Notes: a model not told the origin generated them from the letters alone. A stretch of 39,135 bases of DNA from Catajapyx aquilonaris (GCA_000934665.2 JYFJ02003661.1:1-39135); one strand, 5' to 3'. Positions 11,340 to 22,899 are shown, counted from the first letter of the stretch. Numbers and translations are program-made.

Positions 11340-12343
11340 CAAAGGACTGATTGTAGTAGGGAGGGTCAACAAGAAGGCAGCAACATGCAGCTGATTCCAT
11401 CATTGTCACCAGCTTCCAGAAGCATTTTTTCTTTACAAAGTTGGGAATTGGGGGGGTGGGATGTGTGAATGGCGAGAGAAAAAAAATCGTGTGAATTACC
11501 TGAGAGGACCCCCTTTGACTGCCATTTTTTGTTGTGAGTACCAGTGCTAGAAACTGGGGGAAGGATGGTTGGAAAAAAAAAAAATGGTCAGGGGCTCTCT
11601 CTCATATTGAGAGGCAGGCAGTGTACTGGACAGATTTTAAACAGTGAAAAGAAAATATTTAAGAAAAAATCATGGTTAAGATTCTCAGGCTGTGAGATAC
11701 TCACCCAGAGACGAAGAAAGAAAAAAAAAAAAAAGACGCTCATTATTAACTGTTTCATGTTTACCGAACCATTTCCCCCCTTGCCCCGAGAAAATAAGCC
11801 ACCACACTTGTTTTATACGATATCATTCTCCATTGTTCATTACTTTACTCTGCAAATGCATTAAAAAACTATGTTTACTGTTTTGTTAAGTCAGATTTAT
11901 TTTTCTTTGGTGTCTCCTGTACATATGATCAGTGGCTTAGAGATTAATATTTTGACCAACTGTTGGGCTCGTGTCGACCTGAATTATTTTGTTTGTTTTC
12001 CCTGTCCAAAAAAATACTGCCACAAGAATTTTCTGCTTATGGGAAACTTTCATTTTTTAAAAAGTGACCATAAATTTGGTGATGAAATTGTCCACAAAAC
12101 GAGGAAAGTTGGGCGAATAAAAATAAATGTTCTTTTTTTATACGAGTCGAGTTTAATTTTTCCGGATACAAACTGTCCAATCTTCTATCTGCATGAATAC
12201 ACCAAATATTTGTTTCAGGGGATTCAAATGCGTGGGTTTACATAATTATCGTCAAATATGCTGACTATTGGTCAAGTACACTCTTTGGTAAAACCTACGT
12301 AGCAATGGTAGCATTCATGGTAACTTACATTTGTGAAATTGCC

Positions 12344-12919
12344 TCAGAGACCCAAAAGTGTTTCGAATGCCATCAGTTGCTTCACAAATCCATCATTTGG
12401 TCTAGCTGCTGGCCTCTTATCCTTCACAACTATGTAAGCATCCTTGTATTTCATATTCGCAGATTCCATCAAATAGCCAATTGCAACAGCGCATGCTCTG
12501 GAAACTCCAGCATTGCAATGGACCAAAACATGACCACCTTTGGCCTCATTAATAAACTTGAAACACTCTGGAAAATATGCCAGTAGATCTGTCTCAGGGA
12601 GGTCCATAATGCTAACACATTTGTGCACAAAGCCGCTTGGAACTTGAACAGGGCAGAGGCTTAAAATGTGTGTAACAGAATGAGCAAGAAGTGTGGGCAA
12701 ATCAGCAGCTGCATCTTGTGATGATACGGACAGATGCGGAGTTATACATGCAACTTGCAAGTCTGGAGTCGGGTCAGAAACAAACCCTAAGGCACCAGTT
12801 GACTGCAATGTGACAACACCGTGATCGTCCGTAAATACAAGTCCATCACTGGTGGTTAAGCGGGTTTTGCTCGAGCGAAGAGCAGTCTTCTGTTTGGCTA
12901 TCATCTCCTGCAGTGACAT
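12344..12919 (-). CDS. DUSP19: Atypical dual-specificity phosphatase, DUSP19-like, intronless, about 191 aa
   Basis: Catalytic VHCNAGVSRA, DLPETDL and RPNDGFVKQL. N-terminus MSLQEMI..K..LR..KTRLTT..G and D.TPDLQV are DUSP19-like. An upstream in-frame ATG exists at 12958. Confidence 0.85.
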   Translation of the reverse strand: MSLQEMIAKQKTALRSSKTRLTTSDGLVFTDDHGVVTLQSTGALGFVSDPTPDLQVACITPHLSVSSQDAAADLPTLLAHSVTHILSLCPVQVPSGFVHKCVSIMDLPETDLLAYFPECFKFINEAKGGHVLVHCNAGVSRACAVAIGYLMESANMKYKDAYIVVKDKRPAARPNDGFVKQLMAFETLLGL

Positions 12920-14590
12920 CTTCTGGGTTGTATTCAACGTCAAGTAAAAACAGACCATGAGGTGGTGCTGGTATTGCCCTGGGATTCCAGCTTTTGATAC
13001 CCGGATTGTCCAGCATCCACTTTATGTCTTCTAGAGTGATCCGACCTGTGGCTGCAGCCACCAACGCACCAATTGTTCTCCGCACTTGCTTGTATGCAAA
13101 TGACTTCCCAGAAAACACTACATCAATGAATTCTGCATTTTGATACAGAGGATCATACTGGGCATCCAATAAAGGACGGCCTGATGTCACAACAACTGAT
13201 TCAAGATTTCGAACTGGACTCCGGATTGGGTTGCTTCCAGCTGCAGTGAAGGTTGTGAAGTCACGGAGGCCTGGAAACAGCTGTGCACCTTCCTTGAACG
13301 TGTCCAGGTCAAACGGGGGCATCAACACATGGCAACGGTTCCATTCTGACATTGGCACCAGTGCGTGAGGTTTGTACGTAGTACAGTATGAGGCATCACA
13401 TCCAGGCTTGAGTACAAGTAACCGGTATAGGTAACGTCTCCTTATGGCAGTATGGCGGGCATGAAAAGTGCTGGGGACGATTACAGTCTTATGAATTCTG
13501 GAAGTAAAATTTGATCATGTGTAAATATTATGGAGGAATTCATAATTAGTCTAAAATTTAAAATATGAACACTACACTCCAGTTGCTTTTACGAAATGGA
13601 AGTTATTACAAGTACACTACATGTGAAATTAACATTTTCATATGAATTTTCAATAATTTTTTTTTGTGTGTAAAAATCAAGGCATTCATGACCTCATTAA
13701 ATGAAATCATGAGGTTTTGTTGCCTTATGAAATTTTCATAAGGCATGTTTCTCTAATCTGCAGAGAGGTCTTGCAAAATTTTTAATGTTAAGGAATATTA
13801 TGTTCCGTGTTCTTAGATTATAATCCGTAACTTATATTTCCTGCAATTCAAATAGATATTTTTTCAGAACGAAAAAATATCTATTTGAATTGCAGGAAAT
13901 ATAAGTTACAGATTATAATCTAAGAATACGGACGTTTGGATGAATTTGTAATACGAAAGAGATCACCTGACTTCCCGGCTCTGGCGCTCAAAGTACTTGT
14001 TGAGAACAATGGTGAGTGACTTGGGATCATAGTGTGCCTCAGGGGCTTTGGGGTGCAGGAGGTCCACATGGGCTGTTGTTCTCAGGGCATGGACACCCTT
14101 GTCAGTTCTGCAAGATCATCACAGTGAGAGAGCATCAATAGCGTAGAATATGAGATCAAAAAACTGATCAAACTTGTACCAAAAAAAATTTGCGTTTTTG
14201 CTTATTTTAAGTGAATGTGGTAAAATGCAATTTTCAACCCAATTTCTTGCGTTTTCAATTAATTTCAATTACTTGTTACAATAAAATGCCATTTTACTCT
14301 GTCAATAATTACCTGCTTGACGAGTAGACCCGTATCTCATTCGCAGGATTCACCTTTTCCAACGCCAACTCCAAAGTCCCTTGCACCGACAGTGGATCAG
14401 GTGATGACCTATCTGAATTTATATACTGCTTCTGAAGACCCCTAAATGAATGTTAAAATGAAAACAATGTAACTTGGGTGGGAAAAAAAATCAGCATCGT
14501 TAAAGCTCAGTGCATCATTCATTGTTCGTTACATTGCAATTACCTAAATCCAGTACCGATGTACGAGTAATACAACAGGTACCGCCTCAT
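12846..14590 (-). CDS. PUSL1: tRNA pseudouridine synthase-like 1 (TruA family), 322 aa. Exons 14590-14544, 14441-14313, 14107-13967, 13497-12846
   Basis: MRRYLLYYSYIGTGFRGLQ, catalytic SSRTDKGVHA, FHARH..RRYLYR, SFAYKQVRR and APPHGLFL. GT-AG junctions in phase. Confidence 0.92.
13804..13932. repeat. Near-perfect inverted repeat (62-bp arms, 5-nt loop) in PUSL1 intron
   Basis: 13804-13865 is the reverse complement of 13871-13932 with 2 mismatches; loop AGAAC. Confidence 0.95.
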
Positions 14591-14900
14591 GTCGTGCACA
14601 GCAGCCTGTGGGCGCCACCATCTTGAATTTACTCCAGCCAGTGTTGACAGATCTAAAAAAAATGCAAGTAATTAAATTTACAACCTAATTATTAAAACGA
14701 GCCAACTAATAATTAACTCTCAGTAGCAGCCGCATTTAACCATCCATTAGATTCTGTAAACCATTCTGATTGTTGAACCTGGCAACCCGAATCGCAATGC
14801 ATTTTGGGATCGAGGTCAACGTGGATGACTTCCGGTTCGTTTTCATTTTTTTTTTTCTTTTTTAACTATTCACTTGCTATCAAGTCCTATTGGAGTGAAG
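14591..14900. promoter_or_regulatory. Probable bidirectional promoter region PUSL1/RER1
   Basis: Divergent genes; ETS-like ACTTCCGG at 14828-14835. RER1 has an acceptor at 16232-33 upstream of its ATG, implying a non-coding first exon somewhere upstream. Confidence 0.4.
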
Positions 14901-15397
14901 GTGTGAAGCTATGGCTTCGTTTTGAAGGCTATCGCGGGTTGGAAGGGCTATGAATTGGACCGGCGGGATCCTCTGAATCTGCACTGGTGGACTGGCTGAA
15001 GAAATTCGAGGAGGAGTTTCTTGAGAGGTTCGCATGAGTAGTACTATGGAATATTCGAGGGGGAAAACGTCACTGTTCCTCAGGCGATGTAATAATTTAT
15101 GCGCGTAATGTTCTTACGTCTGGTTTAGTCACGCGACATGATCCGTTGGATTTGCACCGGATTGCATCAGTTGTCTTGTAGTACGTTTGGAGACGGGCAT
15201 GGTGTTTGGTGAGAGAGTATCCGTTTGGTCAGAGTGCATCCATTTGGTCAGGTAGGAAGTCATTATAACGATGTATGAACAGTAATGCACATTAAAAGAG
15301 ACATTTACATGAGACTGGTCCAACACATTAGTTTACGTCACATCGGGTTTCCTGCATAACAGGGAAGTAAAGTTCAGTTACACAGAGTTCAGATCTA

Positions 15398-15824
15398 CAG
15401 GGTGACTAATAAGTCAGGATACATATGCCAACTCAAGGGCCAACCGTATCGAACTAAAGGTGCGTTTACATGTGAGGGATTTGATTACGCCATGTCATCG
15501 CCGAGTACCCGAGTTATGATTGTCGCTCCAAACAATTGGATTCATCTCTCTGCGATGACATCGCGTGATCAGATAGCTCGCATGTAAACGCCGGTGAGCG
15601 ATTTGATCGCGCAATGTCATCGCCAAGTAACCCAAGTGACCAATATTGTTCGAGGCGAAAATCGATTGTTAATTTCAGCCACGGCGACTATTTCGCTCCG
15701 CTTCGCTCGTCAAATCGCTCACATGTAAACGCTGCTTCAGAGTCAATAATCTGCTAATTGGCACAACTGGAAACCACCAATACAAGCCAATTACCTATAT
15801 ATATCCTGACTTAGAGTCACGCTG
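15398..15824. mobile_element. Tc1/mariner-type MITE hosting a nested Harbinger-like MITE
   Basis: TA|CAGGGTGACTAATAAGTCAGGATA at the left; TATCCTGACTTAGAGTCACGCTG|TA at the right (imperfect TIRs, TA flanks). Confidence 0.65.
15458..15737. mobile_element. Harbinger-like MITE, copy 2 (longer, internally rearranged)
   Basis: TAA|AGGTGCGTTTACATGTGAG ... CAAATCGCTCACATGTAAACGC, the shared core GAGGCGAAAATCGA, and an extra internal terminus-like CATGTAAACGC near 15580. Confidence 0.7.
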
Positions 15825-16172
15825 TATCATGAAAAAATGTTTAACGTGTACGATGGATAGAACAATATAGACATTAATATTTAAATTTGACAAATGACAA
15901 ATCAATAGCCTGAATGGAGCTGTTGCTCAATAAAATGATCAATGGTGCAAATACAGGCCACTTCAACTTGCGTAAGTTCCACAACATGATGGGTAACTCT
16001 GAACCTTTAAAAAAAAATGCTATTTAGGCCTACTGCATTGATACCGTAGTCACTGGCGCGTAATGTTGAGAGTAAAAAGGGATAATCTGTGTACAACCCA
16101 CCAGAGGGTAGTAAACTGAGTGAGGGAATTAGCCTTGGAAGCGTTTCCATTGTAGACTGGTTTCTTGGTGGC

Positions 16173-16212
<40 letters not shown>
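16173..16212. repeat. (ATT)n microsatellite upstream of the first RER1 coding exon
   Basis: Directly visible. Confidence 0.95.
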
Positions 16213-16214
<2 letters not shown>

Positions 16215-16248
16215 AGACATGTTTTTCTTGCAGGTTGACAATTACAAA

Positions 16249-19036
16249 ATGCAGGATTCAGTATCAGATAGTGCAAAACCACCACCTAGTGCAGCAGTTC
16301 AAGCATGGAGAAGGCTGCAGCAGGTATGCATGATGTTTGCTTCGCCAGATGTGTGTGCCAAACAATTGCTCATTTATGAACCAGTTTATTGCTACTGGAA
16401 AAGAATATATTTGCAAGCAGGCGTCGCCTAATCAGTACGTAGAGTAAGCAATGTAGAGTATCTTGTAATAGAAACAGTGAATTGAACAAATAATAATACT
16501 CCTAGAAGGTTTGTGTATTCAAGAGTAGTCATGAATCTTAACCACCTCAGGAGAAGGCTGAACATGGATTAACAGTAGCTCTATATAAGTACAGTGTTCT
16601 CTCTACAGCACAATTGAAGGGAATTTTTTATTTTTGGCTCGTCATAATTCATAAGCATATTTTATCGCAATAAAATGTCTTTACGCCTTGAATTCACAGA
16701 GAGGCTGCTTGTGAAAAATCAGTCGTTGACTTGGAGGGAGCTGAATGCGTTTTAGAAATTGAGAGTATGGTGCTGCATAGATTATGTATCACTGACCTTA
16801 TGTAGACCAGAGGATGGAAATACATCCATACGTAGTCTCTTTCTAAATGGTGTCATGCATATGACAAAGTACCATTTTCAAGCCCCTCGAAAAGGAATAA
16901 TAATTACGTTTATTATATGAGAAAAAGCCTTTAAATACATTGTAGTGGAGTAATTTTAATACTTCTGGGTAAATGGTAATTTCTTTTGGTTACAAAGCGA
17001 TTTTATTCGATAACGTTTGCTGTAGAGAGTACACTCTATAATGTATGGGAGAATATGTATGATTGTGGAAAACAGTAAAGGCAACAGACATTGCTGACGT
17101 AAATATGGCCATGAGTGCAACAATTCCAAAGTGTATTTTAGTTGAAGAATAGCAACATTTGAAAACATAGGCAGTCTTATCTTCTGATTTGTATGCCATT
17201 TGTTGCATTTACTGTTCTTTAAGTGCACATTCTTAGAATTTATGCAAATCATGGAACAGATGCATGGCGCAGCATTACGAGCAGAGGGAGAGATTACCCC
17301 TGAAACTGCAAGTTGCACCCTTTCACACTGAGAAAAGAAACATCTTTCGAGGAAGAGTATCATGTTCTTCCATATTTTTCCTACCCGCCCTCCCCCCTGT
17401 CTTGCAGATATATCAGGCGTACTTAGATAAGTGGACCCCACACGCGGTGTCTCGGTGGGTTGCCACTTCGTTGCTCTTAGGAGCCTTTTTGGCACGCATC
17501 TTTTTTATGCAGGTACGTAAACAGGGAACTAAGGTAATGCTTGTTCTTTTTTTTTTTGCCTGTCCATCCTTTCCCTTGTTACCGATCATTACCTTTGCCA
17601 CGTTCTGGCCCCCAATTTCCCACCCCTGTCCTCCCACCCCTGCTGCCCGGTTTTTGCTGTTCTAGAATTATCAGAAGATGCTAGATGATGTAACTCCTTA
17701 TACCGGGGCCAGGTGGTCCTTTGCGGCATTCTTGACCCTACTGTTCCTTTTGAGAATCTTGTGGCTACAGGTAATGTAGACGTTTGTTTGTCCCGTCTCT
17801 CATTTGGTCAGCCGGGCTCATGTTATTTTTGGCTTTGTGTTTTTGGATCTGCTTGATTTTTTTTATTGGTTTGCTTTTTCGACCTTCACCAGTATCAATG
17901 AATAAAGATCAGAGAGAGGTCCAATATACACTCGGCTGTTGGTTGAAGGCAAACACATTAATTTTCTAGCAAGGAAGCAATTCAGTTTCTTTTTCACTTG
18001 ATTAATTTAGCAATTCCTTGCGATACATGGTTGTTGCTTCAGAAATTAAATGAGTTCATGGCCAGTGTGGTGCTCTTTTTAATGCACATGACATGTCCAG
18101 AAATTATTAAATATTTACAATGCGCAATATGCAAGCCTTCATTGATATTGGTACAGTTTTTGGCTATGGGAACAGTGTGTCGTTTTGTGCCCCAGTTTCA
18201 TGCATTAGTAGGGCCAATGGTTTTGTTCTTGAATGACAGATTTTATATCGTTACATGTGTTGGCTTCCTGTGCTAAATTATGATTGTTCTGATATTTTCA
18301 GGGCTGGTATATAGTGACATATGCCCTCGGTATATACCACTTGAACCTCTTCATTGCATTTCTCTCGCCAAAGATTGATCCAGCCTTGGCGGAATATGAA
18401 GGTTCTGATTATTTTTACCATTTGCAAGTATGAGCGATATTTTTTGACTCTTCTTAATCTTCTGCTCTTTAGAGGATGGGCCAGAGTTGCCTACGAAGGT
18501 GAATGAGGAGTTCCGCCCGTTCATCCGCAGGCTGCCAGAATTCAAGTTTTGGTACTCCGTGACCAAGTCCACAGTGATTGCTGTGATCTGTACCTTCTTT
18601 GACTTCTTCAATGTCCCAGTCTTCTGGCCAATACTTGTCATGTACTTTATAGTGCTTTTTGGCATCACCATGAAGAGGCAGATCAAGGTGCAAATACTTC
18701 TCTTACATGAATCCTTTGCAATATTTTCAGCTCATTATGGTTTGCCATAATATTCTAAGAGTTGTAATGATAGTCTTGTTTCGATGCAAAATGTGTAACT
18801 TTGCAAATTTGATGCTTCCCAGAAATAGTAAGTAAACGTGTTGTGCACATCTTGTAGGAAAATATGTTCTCTGAGTTCGTCGGAGAGTAACGTTTTATTG
18901 TTGTGGTTCACTGCCTTAATGTTTTGTTTCATTCCAGCACATGGTCAAGTACAGATACCTGCCGTTCACTCATGGCAAGCCCAGATACCAGACCCACGAA
19001 GATCCAGTGGTGGCAAAAGCTGCTAACTCAAAATGA
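16249..19036 (+). CDS. RER1: Protein RER1, 197 aa. Exons 16249-16323, [17408-17512 or 17666-17770], 18302-18401, 18473-18687, 18938-19036
   Basis: YQ.YLDK.TP..RW, QGWYIVTYALGIYHLNLFIAFLSPKIDP, EEFRPFIRRLPEFKFW and TMKRQIKHMVKYRYLPF. GT-AG junctions. Confidence 0.96.
17666..17770 (+). CDS. RER1: Duplicated alternative RER1 exon 2B (35 aa)
   Basis: TTCTAG acceptor and CAG|GTAATG donor; 105 nt, same length as exon 2A. NYQKMLDDVTPYTGARWSFAAFLTLLFLLRILWLQ aligns without gaps to IYQAYLDKWTPHAVSRWVATSLLLGAFLARIFFMQ. Confidence 0.85.
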
Positions 19037-20003
19037 TCCAGTATTGTGTACCAAGGGGAGTGGAAAAAAGATGGTTCACTTTTCTCTTATTATTATTTTT
19101 TTTCTCAATTGCTTGGAAGACAGCAATAGTTGGTTCTGAAGAAGTGAATTGGACTGCAGAAGGGAACTTCAACACTTGCTCTGCGACACTAATGTGATGT
19201 TGACCTTCCAAGTGTGGTGTTTTGTGATGTTTTGTGTTCCCTTACACACCTCCCTTCATCTAATTGACCGTTCGGTTATTCGGGTGGTCAAGTAATATTG
19301 CATTGGATAGAGGACCGTAAATATTATTAACTTTATTACTGTTGTTACTTTCTCAACCCAGAGTCAGGCTTTTTTATTTTATTTGGGCCTTTATTATTAT
19401 TATATTCTGTTTTGTGGCAGTCTGTTTAAGCATTCTCCCCGGTGTTTTCCCCTCACGTGTCTGGTGATTTTGTGGAGGGTTTGAGGACAAGAAACTAACT
19501 TTATTTGGAAGAAAAAAAAAAGAATCATAAAAATCATGTTATGCAGTAAAAGTGAGTGTGTGGGTAAAATTGTTTTAATGAGTGGGTGTGATTTTTTGCT
19601 TTGTTGGGGAAATTGTGACTGGTTTGGCGACAGAATCCATGACCAACTTGGGGGATACGAACAACAAAAATTAAATCAGAGAGAAAAAAAAAAACTATGT
19701 ATGACATTTTTGTTGTGCGGGACGGTTTCCTTTTGGAAGTGAGAAGACGACAGGAAGGTTGGAACTGGGTTTTATTTTCATTCTTTGCATTCAAACATAC
19801 GGCTATGCACAAGACTGGAAAAAGTACCGTTTGGCCGCCACCTCCACTTCAGACAACCTGGTGTACAACAGTCCACTTGGGTGGTAGGATGAATACTGGT
19901 GCCGCTATCCATGAAAACTACGCTCTTCTCTAGAGGATGGTCTTTAAATTACGTTTCGCCAATATGTAACCTGCAACTGCAAGTCTTTTGAGATCGTCTG
20001 TTC

Positions 20004-22795
20004 CTAACCCAAGGGGTTTAACCCCGGAGTTGGCTTCTTGGCTATTCCAGACAGCAGCTTCTTGATCTCAGCAATTGCTCTTCCTGGGTTCAGACCCTGT
20101 GGAAAACAAGCAGTTTCATATCATTTGGGTTTTAAAGGAAGTTTTGCTCTGGTACGCTGGTGTACATACGGTATGTGTAAGTACACCAGGAATTTAATCA
20201 GGTTGTCACATCTAGTACGTCACAAGTCAAAAACAAATTACTCATAGGGTTGCTGTTATCCCAAAATCAACCCATCATCATCTGAGGGCTTTATCTTGAT
20301 CCCAGGGCAAATGTGATAATTTCCAGCAACAATGTCATAGCAAAGATTACGAGTTACTGATTCATGCACATGGCGTGCACGTGGTGAACTTATCGCATGA
20401 CAACTCTGCATTTTAACGAGGGTATTATTGGATAAAGATAAGGCGGGCCAGGACAGTCATAAGATATTGGTTGGACTATGCCCTATATGTGCACACGTTT
20501 TCCAAGGTAGAGAAATTTCAATGCAGAACATATTGCCGCACTTCCATGAGGACTTTCAAAGTGGCTTATGAGTGATACGTTCTGTAACATATCTGTTGTA
20601 AGCAATTTGATGACATTTCACACAAATGGCCCTGAGTTTGGGAATGACTGGTTTAGACAAGCAGAAACCAGACAGGCCACAAAAAAAATATTGGAAGTTG
20701 ACCTCATTTTATTTCGCCCAATCTATTATCCCATGATAAGGTGAACCTTGTTGGGGAATGTTGTGTTTTCATTCAGTATCTTCTGATACATTCCGCTTGG
20801 TAAACTTTGTCTGGAAGTGGGCTACTGTGCATAGAGATTTATCTTTGCATTTGCCTGGAAATCTTAAGAAAACCATGGCTGGGATAGCCTGTGCCACATA
20901 CTGCAGCCGCATCATCCTGAATGGAAGCCAGATGCCTCGCTCACATAGGTACATTACTTACTAATCGTGGTTGTAATGCTGTTTGTTGTGTCCAACGTAC
21001 GAGTTTGATACGTACCTTGGGGCATGTCTTGGTGCAGTTCATAATGGTGTGACATCTGTAGACAGAGAAAGGATCTCTCATCTGGTCCAGCCTTTCTGCC
21101 GAGGCCTCATCCCTTGAGTCAATAATCCACCTGTAAGCCTGCATAAGCACGGCAGGCCCCAGATACTTGTCCCCGTTCCACCAATAGGACGGACAGGAAG
21201 TGCTGCAGCAGGCGCAGAGGATGCATTCGTACAGGCCATCCAAACTCTTACGGTCCTCCACACTCTGCAGATACTGCCGCTTGCCCATCACAGTCTCATC
21301 CTTACGCTGCAACCAAGGCTTGATGGAACGGTATTGCTCGTAGAAGTTAGTCATGTCTGGGACTAGGTCCTTCACCACATACATGTGTGGTAAGGGGTAG
21401 ATCTTCACTGGTTTTGGTCCACTGTCGACCTTACTGTGGAAGATGGAAATACGTTTATCACTACAGGTAGGATTATGCTTTTACATATTTGTTCCTGGAC
21501 GTGCAGGAAAGCGAGACTCTTACAATTGTTCAAATAATATCTTTCTGAACTCATTATTAAGTACAGTTGACTCCAGATATAACAGCCTCGGTTATGGACT
21601 TTCGGTTGTAACAGATTTGAAAGGCTGGTCATGGCATACTTCCATAAGGCCCTGTGTATTTTTACTCCTGATATAAGAGACTCATTCTCACCTCGGCAGT
21701 AACATACCTTTTTTTTGGCCCCTTGGCAGGAAAATATGCTGTTTTTTTTAATTATTCAACTTCCTTTCCCATGCGCAGTAAGGAGTGTGGAGGGGAGTAA
21801 TTTTCGCCTCTGTCACTGATCTAAAAATCACTTTCTGGTATATTTGGCGGATTTTTTTGGTCCTGCATAATTTACAGGTTAGATAATTTTGCCTTTTTGT
21901 GGATAGTTTCATTAAAGGTGTGTTTACATGTGGGCGATTTGACAAGTGAAGTCTTCGCCGAGCGATAACATTGCTGAGTAACCCGAGTATCCAGTATTGT
22001 TTGAGGCGAAAATCGATCGTTACTTTCACCTCATACAATATTGGTTACTCAGCGATGTTATCGCTCGGTGAAGACTTCGCTCACATGTAAACGCACCTTA
22101 ATAAATGCATTAGTGTGCATTATAAGCATATGGAAAGCAGAAAATTACTGTATTCGTTGCAAAAGTGGTGGTTTGGCTATAACAATCTCTTTTCCGTGGT
22201 CCCCGGTTATATCTGGAGTCAACTGTATGAAGGCAGTACGTAGGTGTCCTCACCAGATGCAAGCCAAGGTGTTGACTCCACCAATGTTCATAGCGCAAGA
22301 CCCGCAGATCCCTTCACGACATGACCGCCGGAAGGTCAGGGTTGGATCCACCTCGTTCTTAATCTTGATCAGCACGTCAAGGACCATCGGGCCACATCTG
22401 TCGCATTAAAAAAATGTGCAAAACATCCTCCAAAGCATCACCCCCTCAAAATTGGCAAACTTACGCGTTCATATCCACATCATAAGTGTGGATATACGGC
22501 TTTTCTCCAGGCTTGTCCGGATTCCATCTGTAGATTGCAAACTGCTTCATCTGCTTCTGAGGCTGGGTAGACGCCGCACATCTGTTCTGCTGGGGACACA
22601 TAATGAGATTATTCCAACAAAATCCAATACATATCACTTCAAACTTGAAATGCCCTTCAAAAGTTTCTGGCGCTAATATTAGTGCTACTTTAATTAGTCG
22701 CTAATTACGAGCCTGACCAGGGCCAGAGAGGAGGCTGCGACGGGGATCCGGCTCAGCAGAAGAGCCTTGGAACAGCCAAGAGAAGACATCGCCAT
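20004..22795 (-). CDS. SDHB: Succinate dehydrogenase iron-sulfur subunit, 285 aa. Exons 22795-22718, 22589-22465, 22397-22254, 21433-21016, 20096-20004
   Basis: [44 protein letters not shown] and [20 protein letters not shown]-terminal transit-like peptide. Confidence 0.98.
21564..22225. mobile_element. pogo/Tigger-type (Tc1/mariner) MITE filling most of SDHB intron 3
   Basis: Perfect 20-bp TIRs CAGTTGACTCCAGATATAAC / GTTATATCTGGAGTCAACTG with TA on both sides. Confidence 0.85.
21916..22098. mobile_element. Harbinger-like MITE, copy 3 (nested)
   Basis: TAA|AGGTGTGTTTACATGTG ... CACATGTAAACGCACCT|TAA. Its core is the reverse complement of the copy 1 core. Confidence 0.85.
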
Positions 22796-22802
22796 TTCTA
22801 GC

Positions 22803-22823
22803 TCGTCGTCGTCGTCGTCGTCG
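22803..22823. repeat. (TCG)n microsatellite just upstream of the SDHB ATG
   Basis: About 7 repeats, directly visible. Confidence 0.9.
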
Positions 22824-22899
22824 GTCCTCTTCCTCCACTGCCAGCCAGCAGCAAAAGTCGGAACACCAGTGCTGCCCCGTTGCCCACTGTTCTAATTTT

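Noticed and set aside
12940..12960. Programmed frameshift fusing PUSL1 to DUSP19
   Set aside because: DUSP19 is in the +1 frame and G TTT TTA is not a canonical slippery heptamer; DUSP19 has its own family-like start.
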